Assembly (NCBI GenBank): GCA_037447605.1
Contig: CM074812.1
Location: 1,302,001-1,366,000 of the forward strand
Length of the DNA stretch: 64,000 bases
Direction of reading: 5' to 3'
Source: Zygnema circumcarinatum SAG 698-1b
Lineage: Eukaryota > Plantae > Zygnematophyceae
Shown: one piece after another, positions 25,638 to 38,562 of the stretch
Layout of the letters: every line of letters starts with the position of its first letter
How positions within the stretch are numbered: the first letter of the stretch is position 1
Notes under the pieces: model-generated
Told to the model about the DNA's origin: nothing
Database searches by the model: none
Seen by the model: the letters and a program-made list of their open reading frames with translations, nothing else
Translations under genes and position numbers: made by a program

Positions 25638-28015
25638 TCACCATGGAATGTCAGATCCGTCCCAGGCAAAGAATTTCCCGTTGTCTTTCGGGCCAACACT
25701 GTTGATAATTTTCATCAAACACTCCACCGAATATTGCCTCGTAAAAAGCTTCCCATCTGGAACATTCCTTTGGAAGGGTTTGGAAAGGTCCGTGTCCACG
25801 GTGCCCGGATGCAGAAGTATAGCCACAATGGGCGACTTTTTTCTCGCTAGTTCCACAGCCGCTGTTCTCGTCACTGCGTGATAGAAACCAATAAAAAAGT
25901 TGATGAAAGTAGTGTAGCTGTAGAGCGAGAGATTAAAAAAAATAGGAATAAAATCAAAAGATTAATTGGGTTGGGTGCATAGATAGCCATGGAAACTCAC
26001 ATTGGTTAAGGGCACTCTTCGAGGCGCGGTAGGCGTACCACCCTCCCAGACTGTTATCTCCAATGGACCCAACTCGCGCACTCAAGTTTGCAATCACAGC
26101 TGCCTCACGGCCCGCCCCTCGGCCCCCCCCTGCAGCCAACAAGGCTGCCATGTGCTGCAAAAAAGAGAAGGGGAGAGAGAGGGAGGGGAAGGCGGGAGGG
26201 AGGGGGGGGAGGGNNNNNNNNNNGGGGGATGGAGAAGGGGGGGAGAGGGAGGGGGAGGGGTGGATGGAGAAGGGGGGAAGAGGGAGGGGGAGGGGGGGAT
26301 GGAGAAGGGGGGGAGAGGGAGGGGGGGGGGGGGATGGAGAAGGGGGGGAGAGGGAGGGGGACGGGAGGATGGAGAAGGGGGGGAGAGGGAGGGGGAGAGG
26401 GAGAGAAAGAGGGAATGAGAGGGGGAGAAGGAGAAGGAGTGAGAGGGGGTGAAAGCAATATGTGAGCATTCCCTCCACAGTTTGGGATTATGGTATGTAC
26501 ACAAACACGGAGAAAGTAGGTACCTTAATGACAAGAATGGGCCCCATAGCGTTGATCGTATATGTGAGCAGAAGCGCCTCTGGATTCACACGTTGTAATG
26601 ATGTCTCTGTCCGCCCCTTCCCTCCAAACTCATCACAGACAGCTTCAGCCCTCCAGGAGCTGTCTAACATTCATAGACTATGGCACAGCAATCCAGTTAA
26701 AAATGAAGCTGTGCTTGAGCCCTTGCATTGGGTCGCCAACTCATTAACCAAACGTTTAAGCAGATTTACAAGTTATATTATTCACTCAGTCGAATAAACA
26801 GCGCACCTGGCTGAAGCTGTTCTGGGATATGCAATATTCCAGCCGTGTTTATCAGCAAGTCCAACCTTCCATAGTTGTCCTTCACCTCCTTTGCAGCAGC
26901 CTATTCCCACCGCTGCCCTGCATTCTCGTTAAGGGAGCAAGCCCAGCAAAAAATAGCATCCGAGCAGGTAAGCAACCGGCACTCACTCAGACATGCATCC
27001 AGCCATGAGTTAAAGTTAGATTTAAAAAGCTTACAGCAATAGTGTCCTCTACTGTCACGTCAAGCGGTAATAGAGCAAGGCGGTTTCCATGCTTCTCCTT
27101 CAACGCTGACAGTTCAGTCGCAGTGCCGGGATTGCGACAAGTAGCAACCACGTGGCCTTCGGGACGTGTCTCCAAAAGTTGGCGAACCTGCCAAAATGGT
27201 AAATCATGGATTTTCCTCTTCAGTTCAAATGAATATCTAATGGTTGTTGACTGCAGCTTCACCTCGAAGATTTTAGAAAAATATTCAGAAATATTTCATG
27301 GGCCCATCATGGTTGTCTGCTGCTTATGCTTTTTTCTAATTGGATGCGTTTCTCAGCATTCAATTTCACTCTTTGAGCTTCGATCGGTACTAATTACCAT
27401 GCTTTCAACTTCATGCTATGAGCTTCCCATGCTTCTGTGTATTGACTAAAAAGGTCCAGCTTCATTAGCCTACTTTCATGCTATCTGTAGACCTCAAGCC
27501 TCTTCTGTTCAACAGCGAAATCATGGCTTCATTAAATTAACAGAACATCTTTAAAATTTTAGAAACCCAAAACTCACTGAAACTCACTGAGTAAGCTTAC
27601 GTTTGCTAATTGGAAAAGGTTAAGAACTGCTTTATATTGAATTGATGAAAAGTCTTGAAACCCAAAGCAATCCGATAAAGCAAAGCCCAAACTTGTTAAT
27701 GAAATTGCAATTACACAAAAATCCCACGGAGAAAAGGCGTAGGAAGCCACTAACAAACTCCAATCCTAAGCCGCGAGAAGCCCCTTGGACCAATGAGACC
27801 CCGCCAGGTGTCAAATCGCTGGAAAGCGCCGCGCTGCTGGCAGCCATGGCTCTCAAGAAGCGCATTTCTGAAGAGGGCGCGGGCCGGCCTGGCTGGCGGA
27901 GAGCCGCTGCTCCCTTCACAGTGAACGGGAGAGCTTGGGCTGCACTTGACGATGAAAATCGCCGGCAGCCATGGCTGCTTGCTGCCACAGCTATCCGCCA
28001 GAGAGCAGCAGCCAT
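25638..28015 (-). CDS. Short-chain dehydrogenase/reductase, C-factor (CsgA)-like, with organelle-targeting-like N-terminus
   Basis: Six exons give SLVQGASRGLGLEF|VRQLL...LDVT...|GRLDLLINTAGILH|NAMGPILVIK|ANLSARVGSIGDNSLGGWYAYRASKSALNQ|LTRT...LHPGTVDTDLSKPFQRNVP...FFAWDGSDIPW, with the GxxxGxG and YxxxK motifs. Confidence 0.92.
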
Positions 28016-29257
28016 TGGAGGGGAGAGAGTGGGCGACGCAGGGGTGGTGAGAAGCTGCATACAAAAAACGATGAAGGGAAGGCTTTTTTCCGATTCAGTA
28101 ATTCGACGGTTAGCTTTCAATTCTGAAAGGAAGAAATTGATGCAGGAGCCAGCGACGTGGCAAATGCAGGAGCACACAAGCAGCAATAATGTACTGAAAA
28201 AACTGGGGAAATAAACTAGACTTGTAGAGCTCTTTAATTATGAATTAACAAAACAAAAAAAGAATCTCTAAATTGGGTTGATTGGCCTCCACAACCTTTG
28301 ACATTCATACAAGCCAAAATTGTGAGTTGGGTTATGTTAGTGGGGGCAAATTAGTCACTTAGCACACAACGGTTTGGTTTGGTTAGCCACAACTCACTCA
28401 TATCATGACCATGAATGGATATTGGTCTATTCAAGGTCATGTTTTTATTAGTAACTAGTTAGGAATTGGTTTGTTAGGAACTACCTCCCAGTTAGGGCTA
28501 ATTTTTGTGACTAATTCCCTTAGGATTTCTGACTTCAGACGTTGCACTTGGCGAGGAGTTTGTTCATATAGTCATAGCATCCTGTTGGGAGTCTTTTAGT
28601 CTTCCCCCCCCACCCTCAACCAACAATTCGCCGACTAAGTGCAACCCCCGAGCAAGGGCGAACTTGTTGAAGGAAAGAAGAGGATGTGGCATTGGTCTCA
28701 CGATGGCCATGATGCCATCAAATGTGCATGGAAAAAACCATCATGGGGAACCATGAGGAACTGTTCGCAAAAGAACGTAGGCACAAACGAAAAAAGCTAG
28801 GAGCTAGGAAAACTTGTTGAAGGGCTCTCTCAAGGCGTGCACAATTCAACGGTGGAGATGCGACCGTCCTCTTGTGCAGCATCTAACGGTGGAGGCGCTG
28901 CTCTGGTGTCCGCCTGCATCCAACGGCCACGATGCGTTCAAAGCTGCCCGTGCACATCGGACGGCTCCCATGCATCCCAAAATAAATTGTCATCGGACCA
29001 CGAGGATGGGCCCCATGGCTCCATGCACGCATGGGCCCTCACACGTGCGGCATCCAAGGGCTAATTATCGATCGATTTTTCAGATCCAACGGTACAGCGC
29101 ACTTCACGTGTAGATGATATCGACCATATCGCGATACGATATTACTCCTTGAAGCAAACCCTAAAAGAAGGGAAATGCGTCGCTTTTGATCCCATCTCCC
29201 TCCCTTCCACTCCCTCTCGCTCTCTCTCTCTCCCTCCCTCTCGCTCCCTTTCCGCCC

Positions 29258-32200
29258 ATGGAGGCTGCGAGTGTGGCGGATATGTCTGCTCCACCCCCAG
29301 GCGTGTACGACCAGCTAGGAAACGGCTATGGCGGTGGGCAGAAGAGGGACCACCAGGGCGCTTACGTGTCGCATACTCGCTATCCCGGTGCGACCCTCGC
29401 TCTCCCGCACTCTCTCCCTCTCTCTCTCGTTCTTTATCTCTCCTCTCTCTGTGTATTTATACATCCTTCTCTTTGCCTCCGTCTACGGAAGTGGTGGTTT
29501 GTTTGGAGGGGCTGATTATGGTTTCTTAATGAGAGGGCTATCGAGAGTGTTATGTGAGGGCGGTGGGATGGGAGAGGAGGGAGGAGAGAGAGAGAGAGAG
29601 ATTTTTTTCTTGAAGTTTGAGTCTGATTTCAGGAAAGAGATTATGGGGAGGGATGAGGTTGAAGGGAGAAAGGATAGAAAGAGCGGAATATAAGAGCGAA
29701 GTCAAGGGAGGAAGGGAAGCGAATAAAAGTGAGGAAAGAGGTAGTTGCTGGGCGCGTGTGTAAGATCAAGGCCAGCTTGTGGAGCTGGGATTAAGTGTGT
29801 TGTAGCGACTTTCGGGATTTGTAAGTGCAGGCCTGCACACGAGGACTTTTATGAGAAACGGAAAGGCAGAGGAAATTAGGGTTTGTGGGGGAAGCTAATG
29901 ATGAACAATGCTAGCGGCTCTAGTAGGGTTCTGGATTTTTTGTGACGTTGGGAGTTTATTCACCTTTTATTCTTTCTCCGTGTTTCCTCCAATAACGAGA
30001 ATATGTTTCGCCACTCAATGCAGAAGATGGCAGCTTTGGCGGAGGATTCAATCCTGGTGGAAGCCGAGGCGGTGAAACTCCAGTGAAGTTGTTCGTGGGG
30101 TCGGTGCCTCGAACTATTCGTGAAGAAGAGGTATGTTTGTTCGAATTTTTCTTAAACATTTTTCTTAACGCCAGATGTTTGTTGGAGATCGTCTGCTATC
30201 TCCTGGCATCCAATCCCCACGCAGTGTCCCGTTAGAAGTCACTGAAAGGAAAGGAGAACGAAGCCCCCACTTTTCCTCATGGTGCCTTGCAGTTTCCGGG
30301 CATCTCTTTTGCTTTCAAGCTCAGTCACTACGGTGATCTCAAACGCTGGAATATTTACAAAGCTGTATATTTTCTTCAGGAAAATCAAGTATAAAAGTTA
30401 TGTTCTGTACTGAAGGTCTAGGCCAAATAACCACAATCTGAAAAATCGATAAATAAATCGTGATTGGATTGGCGTCATATGTGTAACCTGCAGGTGCGCC
30501 CAATGTTTGAGGAGTTTGGCAAGGTAGTGGAGGTGGCGTTGATAAAGGACAAAGCGACGGGCTTACAACGAGGTTTGTTTAAAGCCAAACCCCTGATTGC
30601 AGCGTTGGAATTCACATAAACAGTGGAGTCATCGAAATAAAAGTCCGTTCTTGAAATGAAACCTTTTGAAATTCTAAAAAATATCAGAGAATTGCATATG
30701 TAGGTTTAGATAAGGACGCCGGCCAGCCTAAGTGCTGACTCGTGCCTGAAAGAGGCAGCATTTAACAACATTCTTCTTACTATGCACAAAGAAAACATGA
30801 CAAAGTTGGTTCGGAAAGCCGCGATTTGGAAACTGGAGCACTTTGTTCATTGTAAATGGCAGGCTTGCCTGAATTGGGCAACATTGTGGTTGTCTTGCAT
30901 TCCCATGTTGTTGCAGGATGCTGCTTTGTCAAGTACGGAACTGTAGAGGAAGCTGACAGAGCGATCCGTGGTCTGAACAACCAACGGAGTCTGCCCGGGG
31001 TATGTTTGGGCAGTTCTCACAACATACTGTCTGCTTGTTCATATTTTGTATGTCGATGACTCCACACACTGTGAGTCGATGTGTGGAATGAATGGGTCTC
31101 TGATATGAAATCGCTGCAATCTGGTGTGACCTGTCAACTTGGATGGATGGAAACGCAGAGTAATGCTCCGCTGCAAGTGCGCTTTGCTGATGGAGAGCGG
31201 GAACGGCTTGGTGAGTCGTGGTGGCATGTGGGGGGGCGGAGGCCCACTGTTTAAGGGCCTCCAATCCCATGGCTATGCGATTCTGTGCTGCTTTGTGACG
31301 TGTCATCGCTCCCACTGACTCACGTGATGTTTAAGCGCAGGGAGAAAGAGGAGTAGCTGAGGGTATTGCAACTGAAAGGGTGGTTGTTTTTTCTGGGCAT
31401 CTGCTGTTATGCTGTGAAGGCATTGGGGGAGCGACGGAGTTCAAACTCTTTGTGGGCTCCTTGAACAAGCAAGCAACTGAGAAGGAGGTGGAAGAGGTCG
31501 GCTTCTCATCCTTTGTCTCTCACTTTACCATGCAATCCTAGCTGCTCAGAATGCCCTTGAATTTCAGCAAGGGGTCTAAACCTTAAACTTCAGAGTCCTG
31601 TGATTGAAGCTCTAATATGAAACCCTAAAAAGAGGGATCTGATTCGGTGAAGCAGATCTTTGCGAAGTATGGCTCTGTGGAGGACGTGTACATAATGCGA
31701 GATCAGGAGAAGAATAGCAGAGGTGAGGAGCTTTTTTTGGGACACTCCTGCATGTGGGTGTGCATGCATGGCAATGGCCATTCATGCTTGGTGTCATGAC
31801 ATCTATGCCTTTCCTGATGGTTGAAGTTCGTGTCTTGTTGTTGATCCATGAGGATGGTGTGCCATACTATGAACAGGCATATGTTGTAACCTGAAAATGT
31901 TTCACAATTTTGGGTCGTCTGCTGCAACAGGATGTGCGTTTGTGAAATTTTCGACAAAGGAAGCTGCTCAGGCTGCAATAGAAGGGCTTCATAGCACCTA
32001 TGTGATGGAGGTTTGCTCCTCTTATCTATGTACTTGATGCAATGATTGATTTGGTGACCAAACTGCACTGCTTGATAGTCATGTGACGGAATGTTCTTGA
32101 AGATACATGTGGAATATCCGTTCCATCAAGCACACTTAGTATCCATTCACATGAATGACTCTGCTTGTGGGCATGCAGGGAATGGATCAACCTTTGGCGG

Positions 32201-34384
32201 TACGATTTGCAGACCCGAAACGACCTCGAGCCGGCGAGACAAGGTGAAGCTCATTATCTAGCTAGAACATGGTTACTCAGGTCTCACAACTAATGGTCAA
32301 ATTGTATGTACATGCCCACATGTGAGTATCGCAGCGAACGATCTCTCACATGAAGCATCCCGTTGGGTAATTGGGATTCTCAGAGTGGGAGGTCCGGGAG
32401 CCGGCTTTCAAGGAGGACAGTCGTTCTCTCCCCGTGGTAGTAGGTAAGAATGCGATATGTAAAACCACTTAAAAAGTGTGAAGACAAAGCAGCATTGCCA
32501 GCTTTCGTGTTGCTTTGTCAGTTTAACTTCATGCCTAACCCTGTTCTTTTCATCTGCCTTCCTTCTTCAAGCGATGGTAGGGCTACTGCAGCTTCCTCGG
32601 CACCTGCAGGAGGGAGACCGACAGTGGGAGGGGCAGCTACAAGCTGGAGACCTATGGTAGCTACAGGACCGGGAGTCCCCCCGGGAGCTATAGCCATACC
32701 TGCTGGTCCAAGGGGCCCTTATGGAGGGCCTGTTCCTGCAGGCATGGTAAGCACATAACTATGCTCTCCCTCATCTCTATGATGATAATAATGCTCTTCG
32801 TAATGTCACGTCTTGCCACAACGACCAAGTGCTCCCTCTGCCTCTCTGTTCCTTCTACTTATTTCGTTGCTTTCTCGCAGGTTTCATGCCTTTTGTTGAT
32901 TGGTTTTTGTGGGTTTTCAGGGCTGTCACGTGCTTGATGAGTGGATTTATGGGTTGTGAGTAATTTTTCATGTTTGCTGTTTGCATGCATGCATGCATGC
33001 AGGTGCAGGGCCCTCCAATGGCAGGCCCTATGACGCAGATGCACATGCCTGGGGCACCCATGGCGGGGGCATCCATGGGGGGCATTCCTTCAAGCATGGG
33101 AGGGCCGGGTATGATGGCAGCTCAGCCACAGGTACAACCCACTCTTTCGCATAGATGTCAAAATCATATTTCAGCCCTTTCTGTTTTTGGTTGTTCTTCA
33201 GGGCTGTAAGTGTTCGACTAGCTTTTGAAACTAGGTAAACTAACTAACTAACTTGGTTTTGGTTTTGTTCTGACAAATTTTCGGTATGTAAACAGCCTTT
33301 GTTCTACCAGCAGGCTCCAATGCAACCGCAGCAGGTACAGCCACAGCTGTACGCGCCACCTCAGCAGCATCAGCAGCAGCCCCCCCTACAACATCAGCAG
33401 ATAATGACTCCCCAACAGGTGCCTAAAAACCCTAAAAACCTTTAAAACCCTAAAAACCTTTAAAACCCTAAAAACCATAAAAACCCTGCCTGAACCTTTC
33501 TGCTTTTCTGGAACAACAGATGCACACAAATTCCTGGACCATGTTGTGAACTGCATGTCTCCAGATAACCCTGAAATTCGAATCTCTGATTTTGCCCCCC
33601 GGAAAACACGTTCAGTTAGGCTCTTCTGCCTTTGCCTCTGCTCTTGTGTAAGAAGGGCCCCTCTATTTCATGCAGGGGTATTTCCAACCTGCTCTCATGC
33701 AGCAGCAAATACCTGCCCAGCAGGGCCTGCCTCAGCCTCAGCCTGCAGCTCAGCAGCAGCAGCAGCAGCCGCAACTCCAACAGCAACCTCAGCAACAGCA
33801 GCAGCAGCAGCCGCAACCACAGGTAACACTTAACAAACCCTTAACTCTTTCTGGGTTTTTCCAAATTTCAATCATAGGCCAAATGTAGGCCAGGCACTCG
33901 TCTTTCTCTTTGAATGCTCGTTCAAATTGTGAAGAAAGATGATAGTTTCTCCTCCCTCTCCGCCCCTCATCTTCATGTTTTTTCCTTTCTTGGATGCTTA
34001 TTTGCTGCACGTTGTCCTTCTCCAGCAAATGTGGCAGCAGATTCCCCCCCAAGCAATGATGCCTCCCCAGATGGCAGCTCCCTCTGCACCTGTCCAGGCA
34101 CCCACCACGTGCGATTGGACGGAACATACCTCTCCCGAGGGCCATAAATATTACTACAACAGCGTCACTCAGGAGAGCAGGGTGAGGCTGGGCGATCTCT
34201 ACACTGTATTTCCATCTGTTACAGTCCTCTCCTTTGAAAACGTTTGATTTTTTGTAATGGAGATTTCGGATGTGAATGTGAATTTCAGTGGGAGAAGCCT
34301 GCGGAACTGGTAGCCTTTGAGTCTGCTCAGCAGCAACATCACTCTCCTCAGCCACCTCAGCAGCAGCAGCAACAGCCTTCACAG

Positions 34385-34416
<32 letters not shown>

Positions 34417-35277
34417 ACAGCAGCCTATTATGACCTCACTCGCCACTCCTGTATGTCAATCATATGCAGTTTTTTAAACTCCACACAGAGAGATAGAGTG
34501 GAGAGTGAGAGAGAGAGAGTGTAGAGTTTCACATGTTCGCTGTCCTCAGGTTGCTATAGCATGCCTTTCTCCACCATTCATGTGAAAGTCCACTCATGTT
34601 TGTCTTGTTTCTGTGCCCAGCAATACGGAGGCCAACCTTTGACAGCTTCACAAGCGCCAGTACAGGTGATTGGAAACTCCTCCATATTCTATGTCTGCTG
34701 CAGATAAAACTGAAGGGCGGCATCCGTTCAAACGTGACTTCAGTTTGCTAAGACTCTTTTGGTCGGAACTGTACAGGGAATGATGTATCAGCAGCAACCA
34801 GCAGTGAGCGGAATGCCTGCGATGCAAATGCAGCAGCCAGTGCAGGTGGGCAGTCTGCCCTTTTTTTATGTGAACTATGCCTTACGGAGCCATGATTATG
34901 TCTCTGTTGATGTTGGTGATGAGATAACTCGACCTTTGCGTCCTGTCAGATGGGGCAATGCTCATGTAAGTGTGTCTTGGGGCTGCAGGGGAATCCTCCG
35001 GTGACATGGGGTTGGAATGGAATGAGCTCTCAGGGCACTATGGGTGAGCCCAACTGTCTTTGTCAAAAAAAACAATTCTGCTTGCGGCGCTTTGAAAGTT
35101 TCATCATAAGGGAGGCAAGTGGACAGGTATTTTCCTTTGAGATGGCAGTCGGAGTGCAGTTTCCTCATCCTGATACCGAATGGAAGCTGAAACCAAGTGT
35201 TCTGGAATGTGTTTCTTGCTCGGATGGACAGGTAGTTGAAGCTGCGATATCTCATATCTCTGACAGACCATCATGCG

Positions 35278-35309
<32 letters not shown>

Positions 35310-35340
35310 AACAGCAGCAGCAGCATAAAGCGGCGGTGCA
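29258..35340 (+). CDS. FCA: FCA-like RNA-binding protein: two RRMs, Gln/Pro-rich region, WW domain
   Basis: Exons spell VKLFVGSVPRT, VEVALIKDKATG-QRGCCFVKY, LQVRFADGERERL, FKLFVGSLNKQATEKEVEEIF, RGCAFVKF, AVRFADPKRPR and CDWTEHTSPEGHKYYYNSVTQESR|WEKP. The exact 3' end after ~34850 is uncertain. Confidence 0.9.
33422..33487 (+). repeat. Telomere-like (CCCTAAAAA)n tract directly after an FCA splice donor
   Basis: CCTAAAAACCCTAAAAACCTTTAAAACCCTAAAAAC... about 7 units of 9 bp. Confidence 0.75.
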
Positions 35341-37179
35341 AGGCGGCTCCATCTTACAGCCACTCTTCTTTCAATGTTTTTCTCCCATACATGGTGGTTA
35401 CGTTTCTTGCTGCTGCTGCTGCGGTGTTGGGGTCCTTACATCTCTTCCATAAAGCCGGGAAACGCGCCAGATAGGATAGGCACTGCAGGTTCAAAGAAGG
35501 ACAGCCAGGAAAAAAGCAAAGAGTATAGTAAAGTTGGGCAACGAATTAGGAGGATTCCTAGCGACATGTAGGGGGGGGGGGGGAGGGAAGTGTTCTGTTC
35601 GTTGTGAAGGGAGCTGAAGCACTTGGAAAGCGCAGACACAAAAGGAAGAAAAAATGAAAAAAAAGGCGAATGTTTCAGTTTGAATGATGGTGCCATGCGT
35701 GCATTCAACTCCCAATCTGACCATACCGGATGGCATGTTAGCGGACATTGCCCACCATGCACCATGTTGGGTGCATACAACTTCACTCCTAGAAGTTAAA
35801 AAGTGCCCATACATAGCCCTAAAGTTAAGGAACACGGGCGTCTCCCATCCCCATGGCCCCTCCCTCTTTCTAGACCCCATCATGGCATCGCTTTGTCGCC
35901 ACCATCATGGACATGACTCTGACTCGGCATGCAAAAACTGTCTCCGTGAAGTCAGTTCCAAGATCGCGTTACTGTCGATTTCTGTTCATAGAAAGCTTCA
36001 CAGTTACACAGTTGGTCCAGCCATAGAACCCGTATGACCGTCACAGTCACCGTAAGTCAACGGAAGTCCAACAACATTAAGGAAATATACCGTACGGTTC
36101 GTACCAAATTCTACGGTCGAGCTGTACGGTCAGAAAGTGTACGGGGGGCTGAGCCGTACATTTTAGGGTTGCCGGCAGCCATGGTCGGCCAGGCCATGGT
36201 CTTGCTGGAGGGGGAGGAGGCAGGGGAAGCAAGGGGGCCGCGGGGAGGGAGCACTTTTAGGGTTTATGAAAGCAGAGGGAGGGAGAGGTGAGAGGGAGGG
36301 AGAGGAGAGAGGGAGGAAGAAGCGAGAGGGAGGAAGGAGGGGGAGGGGAGAGGGAGAGGAAGAGGAAGCAGGTTTTGTACGGCAGCGGGGGGCGAGAAGC
36401 GGGAGCTGGCGGAAGGAGCTGCAGGAGGGACCTGAAGGTGCGGGAAGAGGAGGCTGGTAGTCCTGCATTCAGTGTTTCTGTGTAGTGGAGTCCGTCGCTG
36501 CTGTGAGAAGTGGGGTGGGACCGGGGGGGGGGGGTGGGTGGGGAGGGGGAGCAGGTGCAGAAGGAGGAGGGACCATGGATTGAGAGAAGGGATGTTTCCT
36601 AGAATCATAGTGTTGGATTCTAGGGATGTGGGGGTTAGGCTTGTCTTTACCACGTGGGAGAGGGGTTGGCAGAAGGAGGGAGAGAGGAACTGGGAGGGAA
36701 TGGGAAGGTGGATGACGGGACGAGAAAGAAGGAAAGAGGAAGGGGGGGTGAGAGAGGAAGAAGGGGAGGTGGGAGTGGGAGGGTTGAGTGGGAAGGGAGG
36801 AGGGTGGGGAGGGAATGGGAGTTGGGGCGAGAGAGATAGGGGGCGAAGGAAAGGGAGGGGAGTAATCCTGATATCCAGATTACTGGTTAATTGTTTTGCA
36901 CAATGAATTGGATAGGAGCTCCAAACTTACAGTCTATTGACCTGAAACGAGCTGGGGCGACCTGTATTGCAGGTTGCAGGGTTCAACCCATCTGCATATT
37001 TGCAGGTGAATCAGAAGGCCTGTACCTTATTTCTTAAACGGATTCTTTGAAGTCCAGCACGATGATCATTCGCCTTCATACTCTCATATAAGTGTCCTTG
37101 ATATTCCTTAAAGCACTTGACCGTCGCTGCCGAAAATTGAGAACGTCAATATTTCAAGCATCCTTTCTGCATCTTCAAA

Positions 37180-38562
37180 ATGACGACTCTTCATCCACAG
37201 GATACCTTTGAGGACATGGCTGCACTGCGTTCAAAGTTCAAAATGTGGGCAATGGAGAACCGTTGTCCATATATCTTTTCTAAGGGGTGCTCGAAAAGAC
37301 TGCGAGCAATATGCCCTTCTATGGCAAACAAGAAAGCTGCGCTTGATGGTCAAGGGGCCAGTTGCCCCTTCGTGATGTCTGCACGTCTGCAGAAGGACAA
37401 GAAAATCCACATTGTGAGGGCGGAATTAGAGCACTCCCCGTTCTGCCAAGTGAAGTTTAGGTGCAGTAGAATGGCCTTACAGCAAAAGTATGAGGCCTAT
37501 GTTGCAGCTTTTGGCACTGCAACCCCGAGGGAGATCATGAATCAGCTCCGCCAGGAGCATGGGGTAGACTCAACTTACATGACGGCGTGGAGAGCGATAA
37601 AGGCAGTGCAGCGCATGCATGAAGGAATGGAAACCCCACGATTAGAATATGATAATCATAACTCATCGCTCCAAGTTGTGAAGCGTAGGGGCCGCCCTCG
37701 CAAGCCTGGAATGAGGACAAGGGGTGAATTGGTGGGTGAGCGATTATTCTGCGGAAAATGTGGACAAAGAGGGCATAATATTCGCACATGTGATCGACGA
37801 CAAGTTCCGGCACTTCCTCATATTGGAGGAGTTCCGTACGCTCTTGAGGCGAGACTTACTCGACCTTCTCAACCAGCCACAGTAGTCGACATTCCTATTT
37901 CTTTCCAGAAAGTTTTTCGATTCTGGCCAGGTTCAGTGCATGTTGAATGCCACCAATCACCTACCATGGAGGAGCTTGATACTCCGCTACATGAAGCATC
38001 TCTCCAGCATGCCGACGTGGGGATTGAGAACATGAACATGCATTCCGACAATATTTCCCCAGAAGCCAATGTTTCAGTCGATGTTGTACGAGTCTCGGAG
38101 CAGGCAGAGCAGTCTCTGCTTGCCGGAAACCGCAGAAGGAGGACAGTTCGCTGTTCTGCATGCGGTCGAAATCACTACAAGAAAACTGCATGTGGGGCAG
38201 GAAACATGCCTTCTATTGCATCTCCAGGGGGGCTCCGGCTTGACAATGAAATGCTAGATCATGTGGGAATGGATAACATGCAAATGGGCAGTGTAGGGGT
38301 TGACAGTATGGGGATTGGCAATGTTCTGCTCGACAATGTTACACTTGGGAGTGTGACCCTGGATGGCATGGGACTTGATGCTGTTGCTTTCCACAATATG
38401 GGACCTGAAAACCTCGTTTCCACTCAGAATGCGCACGTTACTATGGGGTCTATGGAGGCGCAAACAGAGGCGAATCAGCTTGCTTTGATGCGTCGTAGAC
38501 GGACCGTACGGTGCCCAATATGTGGGGGTGCTCATTATAAGAAAACAGCTTGTCATGCATAA
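37180..38562 (+). CDS. Intronless Mutator(MULE)-derived protein: MuDR N-terminal DNA-binding domain, AT-hook, three Cys/His knuckles, no DDE core
   Basis: 460-aa ORF with FEDMAALRSKFKMWA..CP..CPFVMSA..EHS (MuDR-like), TPREIMNQLRQEHGVDSTYMTAWRA (typical of MULEs), KRRGRPRK, CGKCGQRGHNIRTC, and two RRRRTVRCxxCGxxHYKKTAC. Confidence 0.8.
   Translation: MTTLHPQDTFEDMAALRSKFKMWAMENRCPYIFSKGCSKRLRAICPSMANKKAALDGQGASCPFVMSARLQKDKKIHIVRAELEHSPFCQVKFRCSRMALQQKYEAYVAAFGTATPREIMNQLRQEHGVDSTYMTAWRAIKAVQRMHEGMETPRLEYDNHNSSLQVVKRRGRPRKPGMRTRGELVGERLFCGKCGQRGHNIRTCDRRQVPALPHIGGVPYALEARLTRPSQPATVVDIPISFQKVFRFWPGSVHVECHQSPTMEELDTPLHEASLQHADVGIENMNMHSDNISPEANVSVDVVRVSEQAEQSLLAGNRRRRTVRCSACGRNHYKKTACGAGNMPSIASPGGLRLDNEMLDHVGMDNMQMGSVGVDSMGIGNVLLDNVTLGSVTLDGMGLDAVAFHNMGPENLVSTQNAHVTMGSMEAQTEANQLALMRRRRTVRCPICGGAHYKKTACHA

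Noticed and set aside
35374-36037. Overlapping 65-130-aa ORFs downstream of FCA
   Set aside because: No motifs, open on both strands, consistent with FCA 3' UTR.
36181-36291. Short ATG-initiated ORF upstream of the MULE-derived gene
   Set aside because: Could be a uORF or first exon, but no supported splice path to the main ORF.
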